Below are positions 41,038-52,109 of a stretch of DNA of 64,000 nucleotides, one piece after another. Where the stretch lies: IMG/VR virus record IMGVR_UViG_3300042991_001118, positions 1-64,000 of that record; one strand, written 5' to 3'. The DNA comes from a virus. Below the pieces are notes generated by a model. The model was not told the origin of the DNA, ran no database searches, and saw only the letters and a list, made by a program, of their open reading frames with translations. A program made the position numbers and the translations under genes. Position 1 is the stretch's first letter, and every line of letters starts with the position of its first letter.

Positions 41038-43197
41038 TTAGGTTGTTCCGGGATTCCCGGTATCCAGAATTTCGATTTCCTTTCCATCGATGACCCAGAA
41101 TGCCATGTCCAGATCAACTAACTCCTGCATTTTCTCTCGCGCTTTCTTAGCGGATCCGCAGCCTCGTATCCTCGCGACGTATAGTGTCCTTGGTTTAATC
41201 CTAGAGAGTCCTTTTTTCTTTGCGAAGTCTATGATTGCGTTCTGTTCGACTTCCTCCGGGCTTTTCTTTGAAAGTCCTCTAGCCTTTTCATTGTGGCTTT
41301 CAAAGTACTGGGAAAATTCAATAGCCTTCTGGATGATTTGAACGTCGCATATCTTTGCGTCGTGCAGCAGGCAAAGGCATAGTGCAATGCGAAGGCAATG
41401 GGCCGGCATCTTTGACCAGAAGTCGCCTTCTTTTCCGTTGCACGCGTCGTAGTACTGTCCGAACACGGCCTCGGCTTCATCCGACATGATGATTCTTGGC
41501 GATTCCGTTTTGCAACATTCGTAGATGCTTCGGAGTTTGTCCTTGGCTTTTTCTCGGATCTCCGAATCAATTTTTTCGGAGTCCCATTTTCTTTGCATTG
41601 CTTCTGGATAGCAGCATACCAGACGGTCAAAGAATCCGTCATTGGCGTTCCCAGATAGCAGGGGAAGTTTGTCTGGAACGATTCCTCCGAGGATGGATAG
41701 GTGTGGGCTTCTAATAAAGATTGCGGGCTTTCCCTTCCTATCGATTTTCGCGAAGGTTCCAGACCAGGCAGACAAGTAGAATTCCTTGTCCGCACCTTTA
41801 CCTGCCCTGTACTGGTCCATGGAGTTTATCCAGGACGACAATTCATCCCGCATTAACAGGAGAGATGGGTTCCCATTAAGAATAGGACCCAAACTTTCCG
41901 TCGTCGCGTCCGTCGTGAGGAGGGTTTTGTCGCAAATTTCTTTAGGCGGTTCAGGTCGCTCTGTATCCGGGGATCCTTTTTTCGCGTTTTTCTTCCACTC
42001 TGCCAGGGCTTCCCGATACTCTTCCTTTTCCACCTCGAATTCATTCCGATTCGCCTCGTTTTCACCACGGAGTTCCTCCTCGATTTCAAAGACGACACCT
42101 AGCGTCTTTTCCATCGCCGGGGTTTTCCCGCTTCCTGGCGATCCGATTAACGCTGAGTACATTATCGCCTTGGTTGACCAGTCCTTGGATGGGATCGTTA
42201 TCGTAGCGTTCCCTGAGAGCAGGGAAACTGCGGACAATAAGGAAACCCCTGGGTAATCGATATTCGTCGAGAGATTTCCAGAGATGTTTTTCACGTATTT
42301 CTGGAACAGTTCCGGCAGTACATGTGTCGGAAATGGCTTTACCTTCACGTCCTCTCCTATGGACGCTTCTTTCCTGACCTCTTCCAGTATTTTCCCAAAC
42401 CTATCGCAGAATGTATCAGGACTTTGCACGTAAAAATCAGACGCGTCCTTCACAGGGAGTGTGACGACGTGCAGATTCCTATGCCATCCCAAAACCTTTA
42501 GGTGTTTCTTTAGACCAGATTCCATGGTATCCCCACCCTGGTCTGGGTCCTTCAAGAGGTATATCGTCTTTGCATGTTCCACCTGTGGGTAGTTCAATTT
42601 CGCGAACATCGAAGCCCCTGGTATCCCTAAAGCTGGGTATCCATTCAACCAGAGCGTCCAGCAGTTCGATTCGCCCTCACATATAATCAGTTCCGTGGCG
42701 CATTTATTCATCTCTAGCCATTGCCCATATACTCCGATGGGTAGGTCTCTTGTTCTTCCAGTCGTATCCCATCGCGAACCACTAGAACTTATACCTTTCC
42801 GGATTCTGTTCCGGAGTGCGTTTTTTCCATTCCCATCCAGATACGGGATGCATATACCATCTTCTTCGTTATAAACTCCCAACCCCTGGAGAAATTTCAA
42901 TGGAATGAATTTTTTCTTTGCCAGTTCTTCTGCGGTCGGGACGCATTTTACTTCCGAGTAAGTTTTTGTTTGTGTCGTGCTCGTCGGTCTCATATCTCCC
43001 CCGGTCAACCCCATAGACTTCACAATATCTTCAAAACTGCAACCTGCTTTGCAATTGAGCAGGATTTTACTTTCTTTCCCTTCCCCAATTACCAGGGAGT
43101 TATGCTTATCATCATGGCATGGGCATTTGGACGTGTACCCACCCGTCGTTAATCTTCGGACTCCATTTAATTTTTTCAGAACTTCTGTGATTTCCAT
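41038..43197 (-). CDS. Primase-helicase (Zn finger + TOPRIM + DUF3987/YfjI-like P-loop domain)
   Basis: CPCHDD..SL...C.AGC; CEGE; DPD.GG; GSPGSGKT; DEL; DGFFDR. Confidence 0.85.
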   Translation of the reverse strand: MEITEVLKKLNGVRRLTTGGYTSKCPCHDDKHNSLVIGEGKESKILLNCKAGCSFEDIVKSMGLTGGDMRPTSTTQTKTYSEVKCVPTAEELAKKKFIPLKFLQGLGVYNEEDGICIPYLDGNGKNALRNRIRKGISSSGSRWDTTGRTRDLPIGVYGQWLEMNKCATELIICEGESNCWTLWLNGYPALGIPGASMFAKLNYPQVEHAKTIYLLKDPDQGGDTMESGLKKHLKVLGWHRNLHVVTLPVKDASDFYVQSPDTFCDRFGKILEEVRKEASIGEDVKVKPFPTHVLPELFQKYVKNISGNLSTNIDYPGVSLLSAVSLLSGNATITIPSKDWSTKAIMYSALIGSPGSGKTPAMEKTLGVVFEIEEELRGENEANRNEFEVEKEEYREALAEWKKNAKKGSPDTERPEPPKEICDKTLLTTDATTESLGPILNGNPSLLLMRDELSSWINSMDQYRAGKGADKEFYLSAWSGTFAKIDRKGKPAIFIRSPHLSILGGIVPDKLPLLSGNANDGFFDRLVCCYPEAMQRKWDSEKIDSEIREKAKDKLRSIYECCKTESPRIIMSDEAEAVFGQYYDACNGKEGDFWSKMPAHCLRIALCLCLLHDAKICDVQIIQKAIEFSQYFESHNEKARGLSKKSPEEVEQNAIIDFAKKKGLSRIKPRTLYVARIRGCGSAKKAREKMQELVDLDMAFWVIDGKEIEILDTGNPGTT

Positions 43198-43216
43198 TGG
43201 AAATTCCTTTATCTCC

Positions 43217-43245
43217 TTGACACTACACGATAAATGTCGTATAAT
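43217..43245 (+). promoter_or_regulatory. Consensus sigma70 promoter, antisense to the local genes
   Basis: TTGACA-17-TATAAT. Confidence 0.6.
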
Positions 43246-43313
43246 GTCATCGTAATAGACGCTTTAGTATAGTAACCCAGGGTATACACACCCTGGGTTT
43301 ATTTTCCTTCTGT

Positions 43314-43565
43314 CTATACCATAGTCCATAACGAATCCCCAAGCAAATCCATTTCCAAAAACTTTACAAGCCTTAGCAGAGCCAGTCCAGATGGCTCTCT
43401 ATTTCCATTCTCCCAATTACTCAAGTGGTTGGCACTATAGCCAACAGCCTTGGCAACATCCGATATTAACAGCCCTTTTTTTACCCTGGACTTCCGAATC
43501 AGCAAGCCAAGCTGCTTTTTATCCTCTTCTTTTCTTTTCCCGATAACTTTGATCGACTTTCTCAT
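43314..43565 (-). CDS. XRE-family HTH regulator
   Basis: DVAKAVG...LSNWENGNREP. Confidence 0.85.
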   Translation of the reverse strand: MRKSIKVIGKRKEEDKKQLGLLIRKSRVKKGLLISDVAKAVGYSANHLSNWENGNREPSGLALLRLVKFLEMDLLGDSLWTMV

Positions 43566-43610
43566 TTCTATTCTCCAAAAATAAAACTTCTGTAACCCTT
43601 AATTTCCTTG

Positions 43611-43639
43611 ATTATATCTCTCATTTTGAGATTGGTCAA
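43611..43639 (-). promoter_or_regulatory. sigma70 promoter for the HTH/primase operon
   Basis: TTGACC-17-TATAAT. Confidence 0.65.
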
Positions 43640-43832
43640 GATAAATTTAGGAATTATTTTGTTTTTTTTGCGGGTTTGATTAGTTCTTAGGATTTATGGG
43701 GGTTCGTGAGAGGGGGAAAAAGCACGCAGCAAAGGAGAAAATGGACATTATTATTGAGAGAGTTATGTTGGGACATGAAGGTATTCGATTCATGTCAGGA
43801 GATGATTGCTGCGTGCTTGTAATTTTAGTCTG

Positions 43833-44408
43833 CTAATCCGAGTAGTCAACCTTATCGGAATCCATATAATCTTTGGCTTTAGCCCAGTATTCTATGTTAT
43901 ATTCCAAAACGTCTGGTTTTTTGAACCAGGCTTCTTTTATTTTAGATTCCGAATCCGCATCTAAAACGTTGTGATTTTTGTATAATGTCAGGATTTCATT
44001 TCCAGCCTTTTTGTATATCGCATCCAGCTTCGCTGCATATTTTTCATAGATGTCGTCTTCGTATTCCCCGAATATTTTCCGATATTTCCCGCCTTTTTGT
44101 GCCGAAGCAGCCTCTTTCTTAGCCTTCTCTTTAGCCGAACTAATTTCATCCTGTACCGAATTGATAATTTTCCACTTTTCCTCTTGGAATACTTCCTGAA
44201 TTTTTTCTATATCAGGACGTATCGCTTTCAGGATTTTTTCCTTTGAATTTGCTTCTTTTCTATCCTTTGCCGCAGCCTCTTTCTTTGCCTTCGCAGCCTG
44301 TTCTTTATCGTATGCGGCCTTGTACTTCTTGATGTCTTCTGGGCTATCTGCTTCATCCAGACGATGTGTTCCGAGAATCCTAGCGATTTCTTCATCTTTC
44401 CTCAGCAT
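43833..44408 (-). CDS. Putative internal virion protein, paralog 1
   Basis: Leader MLRKDEEIARILGTHRLDE. Confidence 0.65.
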   Translation of the reverse strand: MLRKDEEIARILGTHRLDEADSPEDIKKYKAAYDKEQAAKAKKEAAAKDRKEANSKEKILKAIRPDIEKIQEVFQEEKWKIINSVQDEISSAKEKAKKEAASAQKGGKYRKIFGEYEDDIYEKYAAKLDAIYKKAGNEILTLYKNHNVLDADSESKIKEAWFKKPDVLEYNIEYWAKAKDYMDSDKVDYSD

Positions 44409-44417
44409 TTTCGTCTC

Positions 44418-44969
44418 CTATTGTCCTGTCATATTTTTCCTATTGATAGCTTCTGCCCAACGTTCTAATTTGGATTTTAGAATGTCTTCTGTTAGGAACC
44501 AGGTACTTTTTATCTTGTCTTCCATTTCTTTACTTAAGGCGTTATTTTTTTTATATAGTGAAAGCATCTCAGTCCCAGCTTGTCTATATGCGTCTTCTAA
44601 TTTGGGGAGGTATTCCTTGAAGAGAATCTCTATATATTCCATAAATATTTTTCGATATTTTTTTCCCCCTTGGGATACTTCGGCTTCTTTCTTGGCTTTT
44701 TCTTTTGCCAAGATTTTACGATTAGCAAATTCTTCAATTATGGAATACCTATTTTTTTTAAATTTATTTTCTATCTCTTTTTTTTCTATAGATTTATCAA
44801 CTTTACTTTTTGCTATTTGGTTTCTCAGTTGATGCGATCTTGATAGTATGCTTTTTGTTACAGAAGATTCAAAATCTTTGTCTTCTGTTTCGGCAGCTTC
44901 GTCCATATCGGATTCGTCCAGACGATGTGTTCCGAGAATCCTAGCGATTTCTTCATCTTGCCTCAGCAT
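44418..44969 (-). CDS. Putative internal virion protein, paralog 2
   Basis: Leader MLRQDEEIARILGTHRLDE; shared AKEKAKKEA...GGK.YRKIF. Confidence 0.65.
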   Translation of the reverse strand: MLRQDEEIARILGTHRLDESDMDEAAETEDKDFESSVTKSILSRSHQLRNQIAKSKVDKSIEKKEIENKFKKNRYSIIEEFANRKILAKEKAKKEAEVSQGGKKYRKIFMEYIEILFKEYLPKLEDAYRQAGTEMLSLYKKNNALSKEMEDKIKSTWFLTEDILKSKLERWAEAINRKNMTGQ

Positions 44970-45538
44970 TTTCGTCTCCTATTGTCCTTTAATATCTCCT
45001 GATATCTCTTGTAATATCCCTCTTTGCATTTATCGCACACATTGATGTAGTGGTCGCCCACTCTCTCAATTGTGCTCCCATCATTTGCGCTGTAATAGAC
45101 ATGTTTATCATTTCCACATGGGCAGGGGTTCATAGAGGAGAGCAAGTGGCATGTTGATACGGGGGCGATCCTCTCCCAGATTTGGAAGGGTCTATAATGA
45201 TCATAGAAGTCGAAATAGATTCCGGACAATATGCATTTTGTCCTGGTGGAATCAGCCGTTTTCAATGTGTCGAGCAGGACATGTTCATTTTTAAACACGG
45301 CATACAGATGTACCTCATCGAAAATGACGAGGTCATAATTTCCGATATCTACGGCTTCCTGTAGTCGTAGCACTCCGGGTAAGATATTTGAGATATCCCG
45401 TTTACTATTTCTTGTGTTTCCCGGATGATCGAATACCTCCACTTTCTTTTTCAAAGACACCGCGTTATCGAAGGCTATTTTTAGCCTTGTAGTCTTTCCA
45501 GACATCCAAGGACCAACGAGGCATTCACATTCAAGCAT
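44963..45538 (-). CDS. tdk: Thymidine kinase (divergent)
   Basis: GPWMSGKTT, IFDEVH, SG..DF...PF, C-terminal Cys pairs. Confidence 0.7.
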   Translation of the reverse strand: MLECECLVGPWMSGKTTRLKIAFDNAVSLKKKVEVFDHPGNTRNSKRDISNILPGVLRLQEAVDIGNYDLVIFDEVHLYAVFKNEHVLLDTLKTADSTRTKCILSGIYFDFYDHYRPFQIWERIAPVSTCHLLSSMNPCPCGNDKHVYYSANDGSTIERVGDHYINVCDKCKEGYYKRYQEILKDNRRRKC

Positions 45539-45557
45539 AAAAATACTCCATAACTTG

Positions 45558-45627
45558 GGACATGGACTCCATACCTTTGGACATGGACTCCATACCTTTG
45601 GACATGGACTCCATACCTTTTGGACAT
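45558..45627. repeat. 21-bp tandem repeat x3.3
   Basis: ggacatggactccataccttt. Confidence 0.9.
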
Positions 45628-46443
45628 TTATTTTTCATTATAGCGTTCTCTTAGTTTTTTTTCCACAATATTGTAGTATTCCGCCTCGATTTCTATCCCG
45701 AAGGCATCCCGACCTAAATCTATTGCGGCGTATAAAGAGGTTCCGGATCCCATGAATGGGTCTAATATGGAATCGCCTTCACGTGTAAACAGTTTAATGA
45801 ACCACTCAGGCAGAGCGTACGGGAATGTGGCGCAATGATTTTTATTTCCGCATTCCGTCGAGATGTGTAGGACGTTTGTTGGATACACCAGGGTTTTATC
45901 TTTCCAGTTGGAGATATTCTTTCCAAATCCGCTTCCAACAGAAGATTCTTGGCGTTGCATATCCTTTGCACTAAGGGTTTTCAACCTAGATTTAGACCAA
46001 GAACCTATTTGGACTTTAACTGCGTCTTGATACATCGCGAATTTCTTGTTTTTATTGAATTGGAGCACCCTTTCCCATGCATCTCGGAACCTGTTAGGCC
46101 ATTTCCCAGGGAAGCTATTCTTTTTATGCCAAATAAATTCCTCTGTCCATCTCCATCCCTGCTGTTTCAATGCGAGGATTAGCTCTAAAACGTATGTGCT
46201 TCGTTCACCCTGGACGACGTTTTCCTTGATGTTCAGGATGAACGTGCCATCCATTCGCAAAACTCTAAAGAGTTCCTTCGAGATTGGCAGAAACCAATCG
46301 ATGTATTCCCCGTGGTGTATCCCAGGATATCTGGATTTCCGTTGCATTGCATATGGTGGAGACGTAATGATGAGGTTGACTGAGTTGTCTGGAAAATTTT
46401 TTAGAACTTCCAGACAATCACCATGGTAAATTTTATGTCTCAT
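45628..46443 (-). CDS. DNA methyltransferase, N4C/N6A beta class
   Basis: TSPPY ... DPFMGSGT. Confidence 0.9.
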   Translation of the reverse strand: MRHKIYHGDCLEVLKNFPDNSVNLIITSPPYAMQRKSRYPGIHHGEYIDWFLPISKELFRVLRMDGTFILNIKENVVQGERSTYVLELILALKQQGWRWTEEFIWHKKNSFPGKWPNRFRDAWERVLQFNKNKKFAMYQDAVKVQIGSWSKSRLKTLSAKDMQRQESSVGSGFGKNISNWKDKTLVYPTNVLHISTECGNKNHCATFPYALPEWFIKLFTREGDSILDPFMGSGTSLYAAIDLGRDAFGIEIEAEYYNIVEKKLRERYNEK

Positions 46444-46903
46444 TTCGTTTCACTGCCCAATCTTTCACGAGTTGATTTAGCTTTTCTAATGCTTGGTCTG
46501 GGTGTATAAACTTCCATTTAGACGAAACCAATCTATCGCCATCTATCGCTGTGAGCATTTCTAGTTCCGATAATCCGCCTCTTCTGTCGAGTTCTTCTAG
46601 GGTTTGCCCGTGATTATTTTGGATTTCCTTCTCGTATTGCTTCGCAAATTCCCAAGGGATGGATAATTTTGAACGGGAATAATTAGAAGATTGAATATTG
46701 AATCTCTTCCCTGTGAGATTCTTGGCATTGATAACCACACACATTTCTGGAACTTTCTCTTTGCACCATGCTAGAACTTCTTCTCGGCATGTTTCGTCTA
46801 TGATTTCAATTTCTAGAGTTGGCTTCATCTTAATCTTTGCTGCAATCACCCCACGTTTATTCAAGACATTGTGGATAATTTGTAATTTAGCATCTTGCTC
46901 CAT
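46433..46903 (-). CDS. Hypothetical protein
   Basis: 156-aa ORF with NHGQTLEELDRRGGLS. Confidence 0.6.
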   Translation of the reverse strand: MEQDAKLQIIHNVLNKRGVIAAKIKMKPTLEIEIIDETCREEVLAWCKEKVPEMCVVINAKNLTGKRFNIQSSNYSRSKLSIPWEFAKQYEKEIQNNHGQTLEELDRRGGLSELEMLTAIDGDRLVSSKWKFIHPDQALEKLNQLVKDWAVKRNET

Positions 46904-46914
46904 TGTCCATTTCC

Positions 46915-47703
46915 TTAAAAATCGAACGTCAGTTGCATTATGAGTTTCTTCTCAGCAATGAGTCTCTTCACACTTCGCAGTTTAGGGAAGCTCTCTTCGT
47001 GCATTGTCTTGAATGCTTCGATGTCATAGCGGCTTCCACGGATAAGTCCAATCATCGCGAATGAATGCGAACGAAGCCAATCTTTTGTATAGTCCGTCAT
47101 GTACTGGGTATACTTGTTCTTCCGTCTCCAAAACGTCCCAGCACATCTCTCGGTCAATTCTTCATAGACCTGCTGCGGCATGCATTGGTACACATACCGT
47201 TGAATGAAATTCCCTATAATTGGCTGGAACTTTCCTGGAACACAATTTTCTTTTCCATACAGCTTTCCGACTTCTTTCCAGAGTTGCTTCGGGATGACAC
47301 CTTTTTGGAGTTCTCCTGGGCATGGTAGCAGGCACGAATCGATGAGTTCCTTTTCCAGCATTCTGTACCTGGCTTCCGCCTCTCGAGCCGCTTTCTCGAC
47401 ATCGATAAAGTACTGGCGTACCTCCCGACCCTTTTCCGAGCGTTCCAACATCGCGATGTGCTTCGCAATGTCCAGGGCGAGGATGTATTCATTCATAGGT
47501 CTACCGCCAACAGGGTTTTCGCCAGATTTGGCGAAAACTGTAAAGTCTTTATCTTTAACAGCTTGTGAATCCTCTAATCTTTGTTTTATCCAGTTTGAAA
47601 AGTCTCGTTTTACTTCCAACTTTTCATGCAATTCCCTCGCATCCACGGCATTTAATTTTTCTTTTCCGATTTCGACTTCGCTAATCTTGATGAGTTCCTT
47701 CAT
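46915..47703 (-). CDS. AntA/AntB antirepressor with a P63C-like C-terminus
   Basis: VDARELH...FSNWIK...AKHIAMLER...RQYFI. Confidence 0.85.
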   Translation of the reverse strand: MKELIKISEVEIGKEKLNAVDARELHEKLEVKRDFSNWIKQRLEDSQAVKDKDFTVFAKSGENPVGGRPMNEYILALDIAKHIAMLERSEKGREVRQYFIDVEKAAREAEARYRMLEKELIDSCLLPCPGELQKGVIPKQLWKEVGKLYGKENCVPGKFQPIIGNFIQRYVYQCMPQQVYEELTERCAGTFWRRKNKYTQYMTDYTKDWLRSHSFAMIGLIRGSRYDIEAFKTMHEESFPKLRSVKRLIAEKKLIMQLTFDF

Positions 47704-47962
47704 TTTGTTCCCTTTCTGCTATTTGTTTTCCAAGAAAATTCCTTATCCAGACGATTTGTTTTGACCTTTTGGTTGGGCTATATTGGTATTGGAAATATGT
47801 ACCACCTCGTTCCCATTTCCCCCTCTCTTTCCTCTCTTGGTATTCTGCATCTTCTAAAATTTTGAGAAGGAAATCAATATACCATCGAGGAATTTGTATA
47901 GGAATTAGCTCGTTTTTATCTTTGATTAGACTTTTTAAATAGTCATTGATTTTGTCACACAT
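47681..47962 (-). CDS. Hypothetical protein
   Basis: 93-aa ORF. Confidence 0.45.
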   Translation of the reverse strand: MCDKINDYLKSLIKDKNELIPIQIPRWYIDFLLKILEDAEYQERKERGKWERGGTYFQYQYSPTKRSKQIVWIRNFLGKQIAEREQNEGTHQD

Positions 47963-48145
47963 TTTTCGTTTCTTTCAAGAAAATAATTTTTCCACGGCAA
48001 TAATTGCACTCACAGTCGTAATTATGTACACATTCAGAATTGCAGCAATCTATTGCATCCTCTATTGCGTTATAGACATCACCACAAAGAGAGCATTTAT
48101 ATTTCATAGTTTTTATTGATGTTTTCTGTATCACTTTTATTTATC

Positions 48146-48712
48146 CTAATCTCCCGAAACATGAAGATTAGGGTCTTTATTTTCTAGACGTTGTTTTTCT
48201 GCAAGATAGATACAGCGTTTGTACCAGGGGTGCTTGCGGGGTACACCTAGTTTCTCTTTTTTCTTCTCACGACTCTTTCTTGCATATCCGTTTACTTTGT
48301 CTCTATTTTTCTCGCGCCATAGCCTTTGTAGTTCTCTCACCTTTTCCTTATTTTTCTCGCGCCACAGCCTTTGTTTTTCTCTCACCTTATCCCTGTGTTT
48401 TTCGCTCCATCGCTTTTGTGCTTTTTTTGCATATTCCTTTACCTTTTCCTTATTTTCCGCACACCATTTCTTGTTTTTTTCTCTTACCCTTTCCCTATTT
48501 TCCTTCTGCCATTTCTTAGCCCTTTCGCTTTCTTGTTTTCTATGTTTACTTTGCCATTTCTTGGTTCTTTCATTTTCTTGCTCCCTGTGTGCCTCTCGCC
48601 ATTTCTTTTGACACTCTCTTACTCTTTCCCTGTGTTCCTCTCTCCACCTCTTTTGATACTCCCTGTTTTTCTTTATTTTTTCCACGCTTTCATTTAAGAT
48701 TTCCTCAGACAT
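48146..48712 (-). CDS. Basic helical repeat protein (15-aa repeats)
   Basis: Repeated KKWRE.N/H.E.VRE units; no nuclease domain seen. Confidence 0.65.
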   Translation of the reverse strand: MSEEILNESVEKIKKNREYQKRWREEHRERVRECQKKWREAHREQENERTKKWQSKHRKQESERAKKWQKENRERVREKNKKWCAENKEKVKEYAKKAQKRWSEKHRDKVREKQRLWREKNKEKVRELQRLWREKNRDKVNGYARKSREKKKEKLGVPRKHPWYKRCIYLAEKQRLENKDPNLHVSGD

Positions 48713-48725
48713 ACCTTATCTCCTC

Positions 48726-50496
48726 TTAGCATTGATTAGTTCTGTATCCATGAAGTAGAACGGACTCCAGACTTTCACCTCCTAGAAATTCTCCCACGAA
48801 ACAAGTTGCAACATCATGTGAAATGTACAGCATATTTTCCTTTGCGAAATCGTGGAGGTATTTTGTTTCGGCGTAGTGATACATTTTTTCTCTTTTCACA
48901 ACGACGTGGTCTTCAAAAAAGATTATCTCGTTACGAAGTATCCACGTTGTTTTTATCACGTTGTAAACTTTCTTCATATTTTCCTTATCTCCTCTTCCAT
49001 TTCATGTATTGCTTGTCTCCAGCCTTCTCGGACATATTCAGGCAACCTAGTGTCCGTTGTTAGACGAAACAACGTTTCTTTAAGACCTGGTATCCGTTTC
49101 AACAAAGATAGAGACTTAGACATGTCTTGCGGGTCAAAGGGGGAATCCCGCCCTGGGAAGATTTTGTTGAATCCGCATAGCCAGAACAGTGTATTGCTTG
49201 ATGCCGAATGCCTTCCCTCAAATATATAGTCTATCGCATTGACTAGTTCTTCTCGTGTCAGATAAATCGAATCTGTTTTTTTACTCATCGTCATCGGAAC
49301 ACGCCTCCTCATCGTCATCGGAACACGCCTCCTCATCGTCATCGGAACACGCCTCCTCATCGTCATCGGAACACGCCTCCTCATCGTCATCGGCATAAGT
49401 ATCTTTATTGTAATGATATAGAAGCATTTGGATTACGTCTCCATACTGCTCTATACTTCCATCTTTCCATGTTTTGCCCTGGTCCATGCTGATTTTTACG
49501 ATATACTTCGCATCTCGAAAGCATATCGCAACGTATTCATTATCGGGAGTTTTTAGTTCCGCAATACAAATTTCTCCATCTATTTTTACAAAATTATCGT
49601 GAATTTTTAACATTTATTTCCCAATCTAACGAGAATTCTATGAGAGATATCTTAGAATATTTTTTCTCACAGTTTAGGCAAGTGAGTATGTCCTCATCTT
49701 GTCCTTTCAATATCCACCCACAGTGGGGACAGCAAAACATTTTAGTCTTAGGCAAATTATTTCCCTTCAAGATTTTTCTTTCTCGCCTTAAGCATCTCGT
49801 TAAGGCGGATGGCGTATTCGTATAAATTTTGTAAATATTCAGATTCCTTCCCATCTCCTACGGCATTTTCTATTTCTTCTGTGTCAATTGTTACTTTTAT
49901 CTTCAAGTTTGTCCTCCTTTTCATACTCTTTTACAAGATTTCGTACAAACTCTGCAAATCCAGGAGATTTGCCATCCCGTTTCTCCGCGAGATATCTGGA
50001 ATAGATTTTTCCGAAAAATTTTGATCTCCTCTCGTTGTATTCACAAGTTTCTCCTGTGTAGACAGGCTTAACTGTGGATATCATTATTTTCCCTCTTTCC
50101 CCATCAAATCCTTCCATCGCAGAGCGTATCGCTATGGATATTTCCTTTAGCGTTTTCTCCTCAGACTTTATAGGAGTTGACGATCGACCGCCCCAGGATA
50201 CCTCCGACACGATTATTTGAGAATTTTTCAGAACATTCTCTACGATTGCACGGATTTGTCTTTCTATTTCACCGTATTCATATGCTTGTTTTAATTCTTC
50301 CAATATATTATTCCCTCTCTTCTGGTGGCAATCCCATTTTTTTTCTCTTAGAAATTGGACATGTTTTACATTGGTTTTCTCCGGATGCACACCCACAACA
50401 AAGTCTCCAACCTGATGCTGTGAGTCGTTTTATTTCTAGGAAAAAGGCTGTCCCGTCCGTTGGTGTCAAATTTTCCTGACGATATTTATCAATCAT
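48726..50496 (-). CDS. Chain of small hypothetical proteins (48726-48977, 48974-~49294, 49281-49613, 49594-49854, 49884-50396, 50308-50496)
   Basis: Overlapping ORF chain. Confidence 0.5.
49284..49393. repeat. 24-bp tandem repeat x4.6
   Basis: ctcatcgtcatcggaacacgcctc. Confidence 0.9.
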
Positions 50497-50526
50497 TTCC
50501 CTTCCTCCTACTTATCCTTCGTTATT

Positions 50527-51447
50527 TCATAGATCAGTTTTGTTCCTAAAAGAGCAAAAACTAGTATTATCATTATTGCTTGCGTTTCTGGTGACATCGT
50601 CCATTTCCTCCAAAAATTTTTGTATTCTAATTTTCCCGACATCTATGTATTTGGATTCTTTCTCCACACCAATAGCTTTTCTACCATGCTTTATTGTGGC
50701 AACTATTGTCGTAGATACTCCGGCATATGGGTCTAAAACCAACTCTCCGATATTGCTCATCGCGAGAATACAACGCTCTGCGAGTTCAATCGGGTACTGA
50801 CATGGGTGAATCGTCTTTTCTGGGTGATTGTGTTTCACATTGGGAATACACCACACTTCATTGTGTGTTGTATCCAGTTGGAACTCCCAAAAATCAGACG
50901 GATTTTTCCCTAAAGGATTACAGGATAATTGCCCTTTCCTTGGACCTTTGAAATGTTTTTTCCCTGGATATTTTTGTGGAACCCTGACTTGGTCCAAATT
51001 GAACGTCGAAGTCTTTGACTTGGCAAAGCACAAGATCGTCTCATACCGACCTGAAAATTTATGTTTTGCATGCAGTCCATGTCCAAAATGCCACACCACG
51101 CGATTTCTCAAGAATAAAGGGGCTTTAAAAGATTTGAATATGTGGTAGTAGAAAATATCTAGAGGAAACAATTCACCGTCCTCTATGTAATTACCTACTT
51201 GCCAGCAGATGTTCCCATCTGGCTTTAGCACCCTTATGATTTCCTGGATTACTCCACGTTGTTCTGCTAAATATGTGAATAGTGGGGCTTTATTTTCATA
51301 CTCCTTTTGCATATTATATGGCGGAGATGAGACCACGAGATGCACAGATTCGTTTGACATGGTCTTTAGAAACGACAGGGCATCCCCGTGGTACAGGGTT
51401 ATTTTATTGTCTTCGTGATATTCGTTATGGATTTCAATGTTTTTCAT
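50527..51447 (-). CDS. DNA methyltransferase, N4C/N6A beta class
   Basis: SSPPY ... HPCQYP ... DPYAG. Confidence 0.9.
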   Translation of the reverse strand: MKNIEIHNEYHEDNKITLYHGDALSFLKTMSNESVHLVVSSPPYNMQKEYENKAPLFTYLAEQRGVIQEIIRVLKPDGNICWQVGNYIEDGELFPLDIFYYHIFKSFKAPLFLRNRVVWHFGHGLHAKHKFSGRYETILCFAKSKTSTFNLDQVRVPQKYPGKKHFKGPRKGQLSCNPLGKNPSDFWEFQLDTTHNEVWCIPNVKHNHPEKTIHPCQYPIELAERCILAMSNIGELVLDPYAGVSTTIVATIKHGRKAIGVEKESKYIDVGKIRIQKFLEEMDDVTRNASNNDNTSFCSFRNKTDL

Positions 51448-51991
51448 GTTTTGAATTCTTTTTCATTTTTTTAGACAGGTATCCAAACCAATATGCTCCA
51501 TAATCCTTAGCGCATTGGGATAGCTCAAATCCATGCTTTTTATAAAATTCTTTGGCTGTTTCAGGACACAGGACGCAAAACATTTTCATACTTGGCGCAG
51601 ATGTTAGGACATGAGAAATTAGGTATTTCACGATGTAGTCCCCTACGCCTTTACTTTGAAACTCAGGCTTTACTACGACATCCTGGAGATAAAAATATAC
51701 CCCATCTCCGATGACCCTACCCATCCCAGCAATTCCATCCTCGGTTTTTACCAAGATGAGAGAGAGTGTGTTCTGTATGGCTTTTTTTGTTGCTTCCGGA
51801 TCTAATTTGTCCCAACCAACAGATTCTCTCAATTTGTTGAAATCTTGGCATGTTATGCCATAGCTCAAGAAAATATGGAGTCCTTTCCTCGTATATGTTT
51901 CAAACATCTTTCTACCTTGAGATTCTCTTTCTATTTGCCTCTTCACGTCTTCTTTAATTTTTATTCTTGACATACAATCTATATCTCCCAT
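51434..51991 (-). CDS. GNAT acetyltransferase
   Basis: GMGRVIGDG..YLQDVVVKPEFQSKGVG...FYKKHGF. Confidence 0.85.
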   Translation of the reverse strand: MGDIDCMSRIKIKEDVKRQIERESQGRKMFETYTRKGLHIFLSYGITCQDFNKLRESVGWDKLDPEATKKAIQNTLSLILVKTEDGIAGMGRVIGDGVYFYLQDVVVKPEFQSKGVGDYIVKYLISHVLTSAPSMKMFCVLCPETAKEFYKKHGFELSQCAKDYGAYWFGYLSKKMKKNSKHEKH

Positions 51992-52109
51992 GTGGATATG
52001 GCTTTTCTTGTGCCTGCAAAATTCCGATTTTTCTTAGCATATCATAGAGAATGCATCGCGAAAACTCGTCTAGTTGGATATACGACATTTCTAAATCCAT
52101 CCTAGAAAA

